From positions 124,001 through 188,000 of IMG/VR virus record IMGVR_UViG_3300005337_000441: a DNA stretch of 64,000 nt. One strand, given 5' to 3'. Positions within the stretch are counted from its first letter, which is position 1. Every line of letters begins with the position of its first letter. This document shows, piece after piece, positions 55,537 to 64,000 of the stretch. The position numbers were made by a program, and so were the translations under genes. The notes under the pieces are model-generated. The model made no database searches, had not been told where the DNA came from, and was given only the letters and a program-made list of their open reading frames with translations.

Positions 55537-56274
55537 ATGAAGAAGTACCTCACCATCGTCTTGCTGTGCGTCCTGAGTCTCTTCGTGAGCCAGGTTCAAG
55601 CACAAAACCCCAAGACCTACATCCCGAAAAACGCTATCACCCTGTTGCCTACGCTCAAGGGTGAAGTGAACAACGCATTTCCGAATACCACCATTCCTCA
55701 ATACTTCGGTGCGCTGATCGAGCACGAGAGCTGCATTTCGCTGACCCACTCCAGGTGCTGGTCTTCGACCTCCGCTCTTGACACACCCAGAGAGTTGGGA
55801 ATCGGACTCGGTCAAATCACCAAGGCTTACAACACCGACGGGAGCATACGCTTTGACTCCCTGTCAGACTTACGACGAGCGCACATGGCGGAACTCCAGG
55901 AACTGTCCTGGGACAACGTTCGCCAGCGCCCCGATCTTCAGATGCGCGCCATCATTCTCATGACCGCTGACAACCGCAAGACCTTCTGGCAAGTCAAGCA
56001 GGAGATCGAGAATGCCAAGATGGCCGACGCTGCCTACAACGCAGGTCCTTCGCGTATCGCCAAGAAACGACTGCAATGTTCACTCAGCAAGGGGTGTGAT
56101 CCCCAGATCTGGGATGACAACGTCGAGAACATCAACGTCACCGGAACAAAGGTTCTCTACGGGAACCGCACGGCGCACGACATCATGACGCATCACGTCA
56201 GCGATGTTTGGATGCGCATGGACAAGTACAAGCCCTACCTGGGCAGTACTGTCCGACTTGGGCAAAACCCATAA
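55537..56274 (+). CDS. Endolysin, lytic transglycosylase (SLT-like) with N-terminal signal peptide
   Basis: MKKYLTIVLLCVLSLFVSQVQA signal; LIEHESC catalytic Glu; GLGQIT; AAYNAGP. Confidence 0.85.
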   Translation: MKKYLTIVLLCVLSLFVSQVQAQNPKTYIPKNAITLLPTLKGEVNNAFPNTTIPQYFGALIEHESCISLTHSRCWSSTSALDTPRELGIGLGQITKAYNTDGSIRFDSLSDLRRAHMAELQELSWDNVRQRPDLQMRAIILMTADNRKTFWQVKQEIENAKMADAAYNAGPSRIAKKRLQCSLSKGCDPQIWDDNVENINVTGTKVLYGNRTAHDIMTHHVSDVWMRMDKYKPYLGSTVRLGQNP

Positions 56275-56280
56275 GCAACG

Positions 56281-56320
56281 GCGGGAGCAGGGGAAACCCT
56301 AGCTCCCGCTTTTGCCGTCT
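56281..56320 (+). terminator. Intrinsic terminator
   Basis: GCGGGAGC-AGGG-GAAA-CCCT-A-GCTCCCGC then TTTTGCCGTCT. Confidence 0.85.
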
Positions 56321-56392
56321 GATGAAAAAATTTTCACTCTGAGCCATCGTTTGAATAGGGACGAGGGGAAGACTTTCAACCCTCCTCTCGGA

Positions 56393-56403
56393 CACATATA
56401 CTT
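56393..56403 (+). promoter_or_regulatory. Putative promoter motif CACATATACTT
   Basis: Third exact copy; heads the nucleotide-metabolism operon. Confidence 0.55.
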
Positions 56404-56418
56404 CTCTCGGAGACACCC

Positions 56419-56850
56419 ATGTACAGTCACAGACTGGGTCTTCCGCATGAGTATGGAAGTTATTATAGAGATGGCATAAGGTATGGCTTAGGGCCAAGTG
56501 TCATCTTTGTTTTTGGCTCCAATCTCCTGGGAATTCATGGCAACGGTGCTGCCAAGATCGCTCTGGACGAGTACGCTGCCATTCGGGGTCAGGGTGAAGG
56601 CCTGCAAGGCCGCTCCTACGGGATCCCAACGCGCGTGCGTCCGTATCAGAGCTTGCTGCTCGGGGAGATCCGCAAGCACGTGGATCGCTTCGCGATGGCG
56701 GTGCAGCAAAACCCTCACTTGTACTTCTTTGTGACAGCAATAGGCACTGGCCATGCTGGTTACAAGGACGAGGACATCGCACCGATGTTTCGCGGTATTC
56801 CCCGGTGCTGGTTCAACGAGAGATGGATTCCCTATCTCGAAGGTCGATAA
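56419..56850 (+). CDS. Macrodomain-like phage protein (IFVFGSN family)
   Basis: IFVFGSNLLGIHGNGAA, QGRSYGIPT, VTAIGTGHAGY resemble macrodomain NAAN..GGG and IGTG loops. Confidence 0.75.
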   Translation: MYSHRLGLPHEYGSYYRDGIRYGLGPSVIFVFGSNLLGIHGNGAAKIALDEYAAIRGQGEGLQGRSYGIPTRVRPYQSLLLGEIRKHVDRFAMAVQQNPHLYFFVTAIGTGHAGYKDEDIAPMFRGIPRCWFNERWIPYLEGR

Positions 56851-56874
56851 CTACAAATCTGGAGCAGATCAAGA

Positions 56875-57621
56875 ATGACGAGTGGTACCGAGGCCCAGCG
56901 GGGCAAATTCATTGTCCTGGAAGGTCCGGACTTCTGTGGGAAAACCACCCACACTGACCTTCTTGCCGCTGAGCTCACGCAGATGAACGTCGACTTCGTT
57001 CGTGTTCGGGAGCCGGGTGGCACCGACATGGGCGAGATCGTCCGAAACATCCTCAAGGGCGACAAGTCCTTGGTGGACAACGCTGAGCTGCTGCTCTTTG
57101 CAGCAGCTCGTGCTCAAATCGTGCAGACCGTGATCGAGCCAGCATTGGCTGCGGGCAAGTGGGTGATCGCTGATCGCTTCTTGCCCTCCACGATCGCTAT
57201 GCAGTACTACGCCCGCGGTCATGCCGAGCGCCTGTCTGTGGAAGGTGTGAAGACGCTGACGGACATGATGGTGCAACCTGCATCGTTTCGGCATCCGGTG
57301 ATTCCGGATCTGACGGTCTTCCTGATGCCCGACGAAGAGATCCTGGAAGCGCGTGCTGCCAAGCGCCGTGAAGGCCTGGATCGTCTCGAAGACGACTTCG
57401 ACTTCGTCACCCGTGTGCGCCAAGGCTACCGGTTGCTGACATGCAACCAGGCCCTCGTCAACGGGGAGAGCAACGGCTCGTGCCACTACTACGGCATCCA
57501 CTACAGCAAGCGCAAGGAAGTCATCTTGCAAACGGTTGAACAAGACCCTCAGGAAATCTTCAAGAGGATCTGCCTATCTGTTGCTCGCATGGTCCACGAC
57601 AGTGAAAGGGTGACCCAATGA
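56875..57621 (+). CDS. tmk: Thymidylate kinase
   Basis: EGPDFCGKTT, REPGGT, LLFAAARAQ, VIADRF, PDLTVFL. Confidence 0.95.
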   Translation: MTSGTEAQRGKFIVLEGPDFCGKTTHTDLLAAELTQMNVDFVRVREPGGTDMGEIVRNILKGDKSLVDNAELLLFAAARAQIVQTVIEPALAAGKWVIADRFLPSTIAMQYYARGHAERLSVEGVKTLTDMMVQPASFRHPVIPDLTVFLMPDEEILEARAAKRREGLDRLEDDFDFVTRVRQGYRLLTCNQALVNGESNGSCHYYGIHYSKRKEVILQTVEQDPQEIFKRICLSVARMVHDSERVTQ

Positions 57622-58082
57622 TCCGGATCCATCAGGTCTGGCCTTTCTTCCCGCTCAACGAAGAGATGGACAAAGGAGCTGGTAACGCGCTCCTGCTGCG
57701 TCGCGAAGAAGTCTACGCGATGTTCCAGAAGTTCAGTGAGACCATCGACGTCACTCGTGAAGACGGTGGTACCAAGCGTGAAGACGCGGAGAAGCTGCGC
57801 GCCTCGGCCAACTATGTCATGTACATGTTGGACCCGATGGCCATCTGCGCCAAGGCCCTGATCGACCTGACCTTGGATCTGGCCAATCGCCCCAAGCGAA
57901 CCGTCATCGTGCTCTGTCGGTTCTCTCTCAATGACTTCATGAACCCCGAAGTCAGCGATGCCATTCAGCATCTGCTGCGCATCTTCGGTGAAAACGAGAT
58001 CCAGTACTGCGACCGTTTCCACCAGCTTCTGGGTTTCCTGGAAGAGCGTCAACCTCAAAAAACTCAAGAAGCTCCAACATGA
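57618..58082 (+). CDS. Hypothetical protein, possible nucleoside 2-deoxyribosyltransferase-like fold
   Basis: ANYVMYMLDP...KALIDL....RPKRTVIVLC resembles the NDT-like AD.I.F...P....SL.EL....K..V pattern; weak. Confidence 0.45.
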   Translation: MIRIHQVWPFFPLNEEMDKGAGNALLLRREEVYAMFQKFSETIDVTREDGGTKREDAEKLRASANYVMYMLDPMAICAKALIDLTLDLANRPKRTVIVLCRFSLNDFMNPEVSDAIQHLLRIFGENEIQYCDRFHQLLGFLEERQPQKTQEAPT

Positions 58083-59218
58083 CACAAGTTGTCCACGCAC
58101 AATACGAACGCATGCTCGGCCGCGTCTTCCGTGAAGGCCACGATCATGTCGACCGCACCGGCAAGGGCCGCCGCACGGTCTTCGGCTTCCAAGAACGCTT
58201 TGATGTCTCCGACGGCACCGTGCCGATCCCGACGTCGCGCCGTGCGCCCTACAAGGGTGCCATCGAAGAGATGATCTGGATCATCTCCGGCTCCACCTCC
58301 GAGAAGGACCTGCGCGAACGCGGCTGCCAGTTCTGGAGCCAGTGGGGTGTCAAGGAAGCCGACATCGACAAGTTCATCGACAAGTACATGGCCGCCGTCA
58401 TCGAGGGTCAGGGTCACCCGGACGAGTCCCGCCGGATGATCAAGGGCGCCATGATGGAGAAGTACCTCGACTCCATCGGCCCCATGTACGGCTTCAACTG
58501 GCGCGATGCACCTCGCAAGATGGAAGACGGTGAGCTCTGCCCGAATCCGTTCTGGCCCAAGGTGCCGTTGGACGAGCTGCCCTCGGACAAGGTGGCCAAG
58601 TACAAGGCTGAATACGAGGAACTGGTCGCCGCCGAAGTGAAGGTGCCCGAGTTCGCCGAGTTCGCCAGCAACCGCTACTACCGCACCTGTGACCAGTTCA
58701 ACGAAGTGCTGCGCAATCTGCGGGCTCGTCCCTTCAGCGCACGCCATGTCGTGAATGCCTGGATTCCGCAATACGTGCCTTTCGAGGACCTGGACGTCGC
58801 TGAGAACGTCCTGCTGGGCCGCGGCAGCCTGTCGGTGTGCCATGCGATGTTCCAGTTCAACGTCACGCCGCCCAAGGAAGAAGGTGGCAAGAACCGCCTG
58901 TCGCTGCTGATGTACCAGCGCAGCGTCGACACGGCCATTGGTGCAGTGTCCAACATCACGCAGTACGCGGTGCTCCTGCACCTCGTGGCGCACTGTCTGG
59001 AGATGGATCCGATGGACTTCATCTACACCACCGGCGACACCCACATCTACCTCAACCATCTGGCGGGTGTGGAAGAGCAGCTGAAGCGGGAAACCCACCC
59101 CGCTCCCAAGATCTGGATCAATCCGAACAAGAAGGACATCTTCCAGATCACCAGCGCCGACATCGAGATCCAGGGTTACCAACACTCTGGTGAACTGAAA
59201 TACGAGGTGGCACGGTGA
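58079..59218 (+). CDS. thyA: Thymidylate synthase (ThyA type)
   Basis: DRTGKG, IGPMYGFNWR, SARHVVNAW, VCHAMFQF (catalytic Cys), YQRSVD, GDTHIYLNH. Confidence 0.95.
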   Translation: MTQVVHAQYERMLGRVFREGHDHVDRTGKGRRTVFGFQERFDVSDGTVPIPTSRRAPYKGAIEEMIWIISGSTSEKDLRERGCQFWSQWGVKEADIDKFIDKYMAAVIEGQGHPDESRRMIKGAMMEKYLDSIGPMYGFNWRDAPRKMEDGELCPNPFWPKVPLDELPSDKVAKYKAEYEELVAAEVKVPEFAEFASNRYYRTCDQFNEVLRNLRARPFSARHVVNAWIPQYVPFEDLDVAENVLLGRGSLSVCHAMFQFNVTPPKEEGGKNRLSLLMYQRSVDTAIGAVSNITQYAVLLHLVAHCLEMDPMDFIYTTGDTHIYLNHLAGVEEQLKRETHPAPKIWINPNKKDIFQITSADIEIQGYQHSGELKYEVAR

Positions 59219-59964
59219 CGGTCCGCCTCATCTTTGCTCAGTCCTCCAATGGCTACATTGGCAAGGACAACGAGCTCCTGTTCCAGTTGCCTGAAGACAT
59301 GGCCACCTTCAAGCTGAAGACCCAAGGATCCACCGTGATCATGGGTCGGAAAACCTGGATGAGCATCCCGAAGAAGTTCCGTCCATTGCCGGGTCGTCGC
59401 AACGTGGTTCTCACGACGTCGACCAACCTGGACGACTTCCAAGGTGCTGTCGTTTACCAAGAACTCAAACAGGCTATCGCTGACTTCTCTGGAAATGGTC
59501 CGATTTGGATCATTGGAGGTGAACGTCTTTACAACGAAGCTCTCGCTCTTGCAGACGAGATCCATGAAACCCTGGTGTATCAGGCCTTTGAAGGCGATGC
59601 ACGAGCACCGGTCATTGACCACAAGCTTTGGACGCGTGTTCGGTCCTCACCCGAAAAGGAACACAACGGACTGATGTACCAGTTCAACATCTATGTCAGG
59701 AAACATCATGACCAAACAACTGAGCAAAAAGCACCCCCCGGTGAAGAAGCCGGCCAAGTTCGCCAAGAAGCCCACAACGTCGGCATCCCCGTCTCCCTCC
59801 ACCGCGAACCCCTCAAAGGTGGTCGTTGCGAAGGCGCCGGCAACCGCGGCGACGGCAGCTGTCAAGAAAGCGGACCCGGTGAAGACCGTCCTCGCACCTG
59901 TGGTGCAGACGACCGCGCCCGCTGCGCAAAAGCCGCAGCTGAAGCCGGCCTCGAAGCCCGCTGA
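59215..59964 (+). CDS. folA: Dihydrofolate reductase with about 85-aa extension overlapping the next gene
   Basis: NGYIGKDNEL, PEDMATFK, VIMGRKTW, PLPGRRNVVLT, WIIGGERLY; DHFR domain ends near 59700. Confidence 0.9.
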   Translation: MTVRLIFAQSSNGYIGKDNELLFQLPEDMATFKLKTQGSTVIMGRKTWMSIPKKFRPLPGRRNVVLTTSTNLDDFQGAVVYQELKQAIADFSGNGPIWIIGGERLYNEALALADEIHETLVYQAFEGDARAPVIDHKLWTRVRSSPEKEHNGLMYQFNIYVRKHHDQTTEQKAPPGEEAGQVRQEAHNVGIPVSLHREPLKGGRCEGAGNRGDGSCQESGPGEDRPRTCGADDRARCAKAAAEAGLEAR

Positions 59965-60565
59965 AAAGCACGCAACCACGACGCCGACCATCGGCAAGAT
60001 CGTGGACGCCGGCGTCAAGCGGGTGGTGAAGGCGGTCAAGAAGGTCGTCGTGAAGAAGGCCGTGGCCAAAACCACCTCGCAGCTGCGCAAGGCCGCTGAA
60101 AAGGTCGAAGCCAAGGACGAGACCGCTTCTCGCACCCTGCGCCGCACGGCCGACAAGCTGGAACAGGCCGTCGGCCTGAAGCGTCACGTCACTCCCAAGA
60201 AGCCGGCCAAGGACGAAGCGTCTGCCGGTCTTGCGATCGCACACCGCATCATGGCGGTGTCCACCGAGACCAAGACTGCCAGCACCGAGCCGCCGCCGTG
60301 GGAAGAGACCTTCAAGCCCACCGCTTCGATCGCCGCTCCCGCGGCTGCCGTCGTCGTGGCCGCGCATCCCGTTGCACCGTCTGTCCCCAAGGCAGTCAAG
60401 CAACAGCGTGCCGACAACGAGGTCTCTGTGGCTCCGGGCATCTCCTTCGCGCAAGCGATGGACATGGGTCGTCGTGGCGTGATCACGCAGATCGTCAAGC
60501 CGGCACCGGTGAAGAAGAACGCTGATGGATCGATCAACTTCGGTCAAATCCTCGGCGCGCGCTAA
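59708..60565 (+). CDS. Lys/Ala/Pro-rich histone H1/AlgP-like protein
   Basis: AGGAAA RBS; KKPAK, VVKKAVAK repeats; strong codon bias. Confidence 0.8.
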   Translation: MTKQLSKKHPPVKKPAKFAKKPTTSASPSPSTANPSKVVVAKAPATAATAAVKKADPVKTVLAPVVQTTAPAAQKPQLKPASKPAEKHATTTPTIGKIVDAGVKRVVKAVKKVVVKKAVAKTTSQLRKAAEKVEAKDETASRTLRRTADKLEQAVGLKRHVTPKKPAKDEASAGLAIAHRIMAVSTETKTASTEPPPWEETFKPTASIAAPAAAVVVAAHPVAPSVPKAVKQQRADNEVSVAPGISFAQAMDMGRRGVITQIVKPAPVKKNADGSINFGQILGAR

Positions 60566-60575
60566 ACGCCAACTG

Positions 60576-60617
60576 GACCTGGAGCTGTCAAGGCTCTGGG
60601 TCCTTTTGGTCCGTCAA
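60576..60617 (+). terminator. Intrinsic terminator
   Basis: GGACCTGGAGC-TGTCAAG-GCTCTGGGTCC then TTTTGGTCCGTCAA. Confidence 0.8.
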
Positions 60618-60627
60618 CGAGAATGTC

Positions 60628-61374
60628 ATGCCTGAAACGTCATTGGTTGATGACTATGTGTCCAACCCGATCACCGTCTTTGATCGAGCCAGCGGCAAGT
60701 ACAACTCCTTGTTCTCCAGCCTGCCTGAAGAGATCACCCAGTTCAGTCTGCGAGTGCTCAGTTACCTGAACTTCTTTGTCCGCTATACCTACCGAGGTGT
60801 GAACCGCGGATTCGAAATCCAACATCGGGTGGCCTCTGGCGTGAATGTCAAGACCATTCCCGAGACCGCTGAGGTGACGCTGGTGGCGCGTCCCTTGAAA
60901 GACCGGTACTTCGAACAACCCATTGTGCACGGTCGCTGGCATCTGCTGGCGCCCCGCTTTGCCTCACAGTTGATCGAACTCACCTATGAGTACCCCGACA
61001 ACTACGTGGGACAGACGATCTACTGCACCTGGAACGTCCCAGACAACAAGGACCAACGCCGAGCAAAGGCATACCTGCACGCACTGGGTGGCAACTACGT
61101 GAGCGCTGTGGTGACGGAGCTGGAAGAACAGGTCAGGATCATCTTCAGCAACCGCTCAGGCAAGCTCGATGAACTGGTGTTCAACTGGCTCCCGGATACC
61201 AAAGAAGGCTTGGTCCTCTTGTGTACGCATCCCAACGGCCCCTATTACTTCAATCCAGGTAAGCGACAACTCCCTCACGTCGAGTACTTGAAATACGCCA
61301 ACATCGTGGTGGATTGCTACCACCAGGCGAACGAGGGAACCAACTGGGGTAACTTTCAACGCAAAAAGAAATAG
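60628..61374 (+). CDS. Hypothetical protein
   Basis: 248-aa ORF in co-directional run. Confidence 0.75.
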   Translation: MPETSLVDDYVSNPITVFDRASGKYNSLFSSLPEEITQFSLRVLSYLNFFVRYTYRGVNRGFEIQHRVASGVNVKTIPETAEVTLVARPLKDRYFEQPIVHGRWHLLAPRFASQLIELTYEYPDNYVGQTIYCTWNVPDNKDQRRAKAYLHALGGNYVSAVVTELEEQVRIIFSNRSGKLDELVFNWLPDTKEGLVLLCTHPNGPYYFNPGKRQLPHVEYLKYANIVVDCYHQANEGTNWGNFQRKKK

Positions 61375-61383
61375 GTGAGACCT

Positions 61384-61677
61384 ATGTCGTTGAGCAAGTT
61401 TGATGAGTTTCGGACTTACACCGTGATCGAGAACCCCTTTCTCTTTCATGGGTTTCCGAGGAAGATCAATCACATCACCATCGCACCGGTGAAGAACTGT
61501 GGTTGCCTGATGATTGAAATGGGCTCGCCTCAATCAGGCTTGCACCACTTTCTCGTGAAGGAGGAGTTCTTGCAAGGGAAACAAGAACCGATCCACAGTG
61601 CAATCACGCACATCCGTGACCAGATGTTCCACATCCTCTCGGCTGACCCTACAAAACACATCTATCCCGTCGAGTAA
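61384..61677 (+). CDS. Hypothetical protein
   Basis: AGGTG RBS; tightly packed. Confidence 0.65.
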   Translation: MSLSKFDEFRTYTVIENPFLFHGFPRKINHITIAPVKNCGCLMIEMGSPQSGLHHFLVKEEFLQGKQEPIHSAITHIRDQMFHILSADPTKHIYPVE

Positions 61678-61683
61678 ACAACA

Positions 61684-62562
61684 ATGGCAACTCCTGAATA
61701 CTTCAACATCCAGCCCGCAGATCCGCTGATGGATCGCGAGTCCTTCAGTCAGCTCATGGGACATCTGTTGCGCTGGGCTAAGGCCGAGAACTACGATCCG
61801 AGCGTGGCTGGCTTCATCGGGGCGATCGCTCCGATCTATGGCGCCGCGCAGAACAACATGAGCGTCATCACTCATGTGACCCGGATCCTGACGGTGGTCA
61901 TGACCGATCCGCGTTTCAAGGTGAAGATGACACCGGACACGCTCAGTGATCTGTTGTGCGCGCCGTTTCGGATCAAGCACATCTCCCAGAGACTGCACAC
62001 GTCCAGCAACGCCGACACCTCCAGCATCACGCTGACGGTGGAAGAGTACGTCGAAGGTCTGGTCTTTCACCTGGGTGACATGCTGCGCAACTCTCCTACG
62101 GGGCGTCTGACGGAAGAAGACTTCCGCTACCAGTTCGATCCAACGGTGCTGGCGCTCATGCGCTACGTCAAGAAAAACGGCACCAAGGACCTCACCATGC
62201 GCACGCTGGCTACGGAACTCTTCCCGGTCTACAAGTACATGATCGAGGATCTGGCGGACCTGACGCGCGTCGTCTACGATGCCTATCTCAAGGCAGTGCA
62301 AGAACCGGCCTTCGAGTTGCCTCAGATCTCGGTCAGTGAGCACCTGCTCAATGTGCTTGTGGCGCCCGTCAGCACGGGTCCGCATGGCCTGCTCGGGTTC
62401 AGCAAGCGCTACACGGACTTGCGTCCGGTGCAGGACTTCTACCTCTCCATGATCAAGACCATGCTCGGCCAGTTCTCAGTGGCCAAGGTGGATTGGTGTA
62501 TGGACAACTTCAAGGACCTTCATGGGGACACCCAATCCAAGGACAAGCGCCAAGTTCAATGA
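61684..62562 (+). CDS. Hypothetical protein
   Basis: 292-aa ORF with coding bias. Confidence 0.75.
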   Translation: MATPEYFNIQPADPLMDRESFSQLMGHLLRWAKAENYDPSVAGFIGAIAPIYGAAQNNMSVITHVTRILTVVMTDPRFKVKMTPDTLSDLLCAPFRIKHISQRLHTSSNADTSSITLTVEEYVEGLVFHLGDMLRNSPTGRLTEEDFRYQFDPTVLALMRYVKKNGTKDLTMRTLATELFPVYKYMIEDLADLTRVVYDAYLKAVQEPAFELPQISVSEHLLNVLVAPVSTGPHGLLGFSKRYTDLRPVQDFYLSMIKTMLGQFSVAKVDWCMDNFKDLHGDTQSKDKRQVQ

Positions 62563-62872
62563 CCGCGATGCGATTGGAGGTCTGGTGCAGGCCATCCGAG
62601 AGCACCACGGTGAGACACAAGCGCACGTCGAAAGCGCCATCGGCGTGGAACACTCCACGCTTTCGCGTACCGAGAATGGTCAGCGTTCACTGAAGTTCAC
62701 GGAAGCCTGCTACTTCTGTGACCTCTTTGGTCTGACCATTACCGAGTACACCGATCTGTTCGAAGAACTACGCACCACCAGGACCGAGAACGAGACCTGG
62801 CGGGACGTAGCAGGCTGTATCTACCAAGCGTTTTTGCTTCGTAAGGAGTATCCGGCCGGATGCACCGATTGA
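62522..62872 (+). CDS. XRE/Cro-type helix-turn-helix protein
   Basis: IREHHGETQAHVESAIGVEHSTLSRTENGQRSLKF matches the XRE HTH pattern. Confidence 0.8.
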   Translation: MGTPNPRTSAKFNDRDAIGGLVQAIREHHGETQAHVESAIGVEHSTLSRTENGQRSLKFTEACYFCDLFGLTITEYTDLFEELRTTRTENETWRDVAGCIYQAFLLRKEYPAGCTD

Positions 62873-62940
62873 TTCCACGGCGGTAAAAGTAGTGGCTGAT
62901 CATCTGGATCAGCCACTACTCACGCAACGTGGAGTCAGTT

Positions 62941-63348
62941 ATGGAAATGAAGTACGCAGCATTGCACCGGACGAGCGCGTCACCGGCGCAACGCATCTTC
63001 TGGAACGGTATACCGTCAGAAGTCCAAGATCTTTACATGATCTCGGTCTCAGGACAGTACGTACGGGTGGTCATCGAGTTGCCTGACAGCGACGAGATGT
63101 TCTTCTCCCTCGTGCTCACCTTGGGTCGAACGCTCATGACGTTCTTTCACAAGACGCTTCGCGAAGAGGTCGAAGTGGCCATCGATGGCCGCTCACTTGA
63201 AGACGCAGCGCTTGACGCTGTGGCTTCGAGCTTTCGAGCTCTCAACCCCCTGGACACCATTTCTCTCAGAGGAGACGGTGCGTTCCTGATGTTCATTCGT
63301 CAACAAAAGGGCGCTCCGGCAGACACATGTTTTACGGACCTGCTGTAG
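62941..63348 (+). CDS. Hypothetical protein
   Basis: GGAG RBS before ATG 62941. Confidence 0.65.
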   Translation: MEMKYAALHRTSASPAQRIFWNGIPSEVQDLYMISVSGQYVRVVIELPDSDEMFFSLVLTLGRTLMTFFHKTLREEVEVAIDGRSLEDAALDAVASSFRALNPLDTISLRGDGAFLMFIRQQKGAPADTCFTDLL

Positions 63349-63644
63349 CGGTATGTATTCTGTCGTTCATTGTCTACTGTCTACTCGCCTTCATGTTCGC
63401 ACAGTACGTGAGGTGTGAGATTTACAAGTACACGAACCATTCGCACTACCGCCGCCATTTCACCCCTTGGGTGAAGCGCCGCCTTCGGCTCATCTTGGTC
63501 TTGGGATTCATCCCAGGTGTCCAGTTCCTGGTGGGCTTTGGCTTCATGCTCTACGGGATCGGGTGTTTGCTCGTCAAACTCAAAGACTTCACGATCGATG
63601 TCAGCGACATGTTGAGGACACTCAAACCAAGGAAACCACTATGA
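63327..63644 (+). CDS. Small membrane protein
   Basis: Two hydrophobic segments; ATGA overlap with next gene. Confidence 0.6.
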   Translation: MFYGPAVAVCILSFIVYCLLAFMFAQYVRCEIYKYTNHSHYRRHFTPWVKRRLRLILVLGFIPGVQFLVGFGFMLYGIGCLLVKLKDFTIDVSDMLRTLKPRKPL

Positions 63645-64000
63645 ACGAGGAAGGCGTCCCTTTCAAGCGAGGCCTGTCCTTGCGAGACGTTGTCGCACCT
63701 GAGCGTCAACACGTCCTGGATGCTCTCGCAAAAGGAGACCAGGACAACCTGGCCACCTACAGCGACGAGAACGCCAACCTCATCCTCGGCCTGGAGTATC
63801 GCTACCAGCGCATGGTGCGTCTGTGGGGTGATACTCTGCAATACAACGGCACGCTTCATGTGGATATTCGCAGAAGCCTGAACGGAGCCACTGCACAGTA
63901 CACGATCTTCCGTACCAAGGGCAAGCACGACATGCTGCGTACCTACCTCGATGAATTTGAGGAAGCCATCCGCTGCACCTACCCTGGCATGGCCTCCAAG
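63641..64000 (+). CDS. Hypothetical protein, truncated by window end
   Basis: AAGGA RBS; MNEEGVPFKRG... frame open to the end. Confidence 0.6.
   Translation, partial: MNEEGVPFKRGLSLRDVVAPERQHVLDALAKGDQDNLATYSDENANLILGLEYRYQRMVRLWGDTLQYNGTLHVDIRRSLNGATAQYTIFRTKGKHDMLRTYLDEFEEAIRCTYPGMASK

Noticed and set aside
58079-59218. ThyA as a base-modifying enzyme (dCMP hydroxymethylase)
   Set aside because: The specificity Asn (SNITQY, equivalent to E. coli N177) is retained and DHFR is adjacent, consistent with ordinary dTMP synthesis
5205-63644. TATG overlapping many start codons as phiKZ-type late promoters
   Set aside because: A 4-mer containing ATG is expected at many starts by chance; cannot be supported without TSS data
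1-64000. CRISPR array, tRNA or rRNA genes
   Set aside because: No regularly spaced direct repeats with unique spacers; intergenic gaps are short and show no T-loop/cloverleaf pattern by eye (tRNAscan-SE would be the decisive test)
1-64000. Alternative genetic code or stop readthrough
   Set aside because: Known proteins translate full length under code 11 and all three stops terminate genes next to RBS or terminators

Overview
A GC-rich (visibly C-ending codons) segment of a phiKZ-like jumbo myophage genome (Chimalliviridae-like); host not determinable from sequence. It contains split multisubunit RNA polymerase genes (non-virion beta C-terminal part, non-virion beta' C-terminal part, virion beta' middle part), an SF2 helicase, the exonuclease/motif-A half of a split family-B DNA polymerase, baseplate/neck/inner-head genes with [AG]-x-E prohead-protease motifs, a paralogous tail-fibre/adhesin cluster, a holin plus signal-peptide transglycosylase lysis cassette, a tmk-thyA-DHFR nucleotide operon and small accessory genes. 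phiKZ gene-number equivalences are inferred from motif recall and gene order, not from a search. Strongest unexplained signals: (1) an in-frame T-TTT-TTC slippery heptamer that would join two overlapping minus-strand tail/baseplate-chaperone-like ORFs by -1 frameshift; (2) a conserved T(A/G/T)TGC(C/T)GT motif directly after many terminator hairpins; (3) a structured, possibly pseudoknotted 126-nt leader before the most codon-biased head gene; (4) a repeated CACATATACTT promoter-like motif; (5) prion-like low-complexity domains on a probable PicA/Imp1 tail and on a degenerate SLOG/DprA-like protein. No CRISPR array, tRNA, intron, intein or mobile element could be supported.
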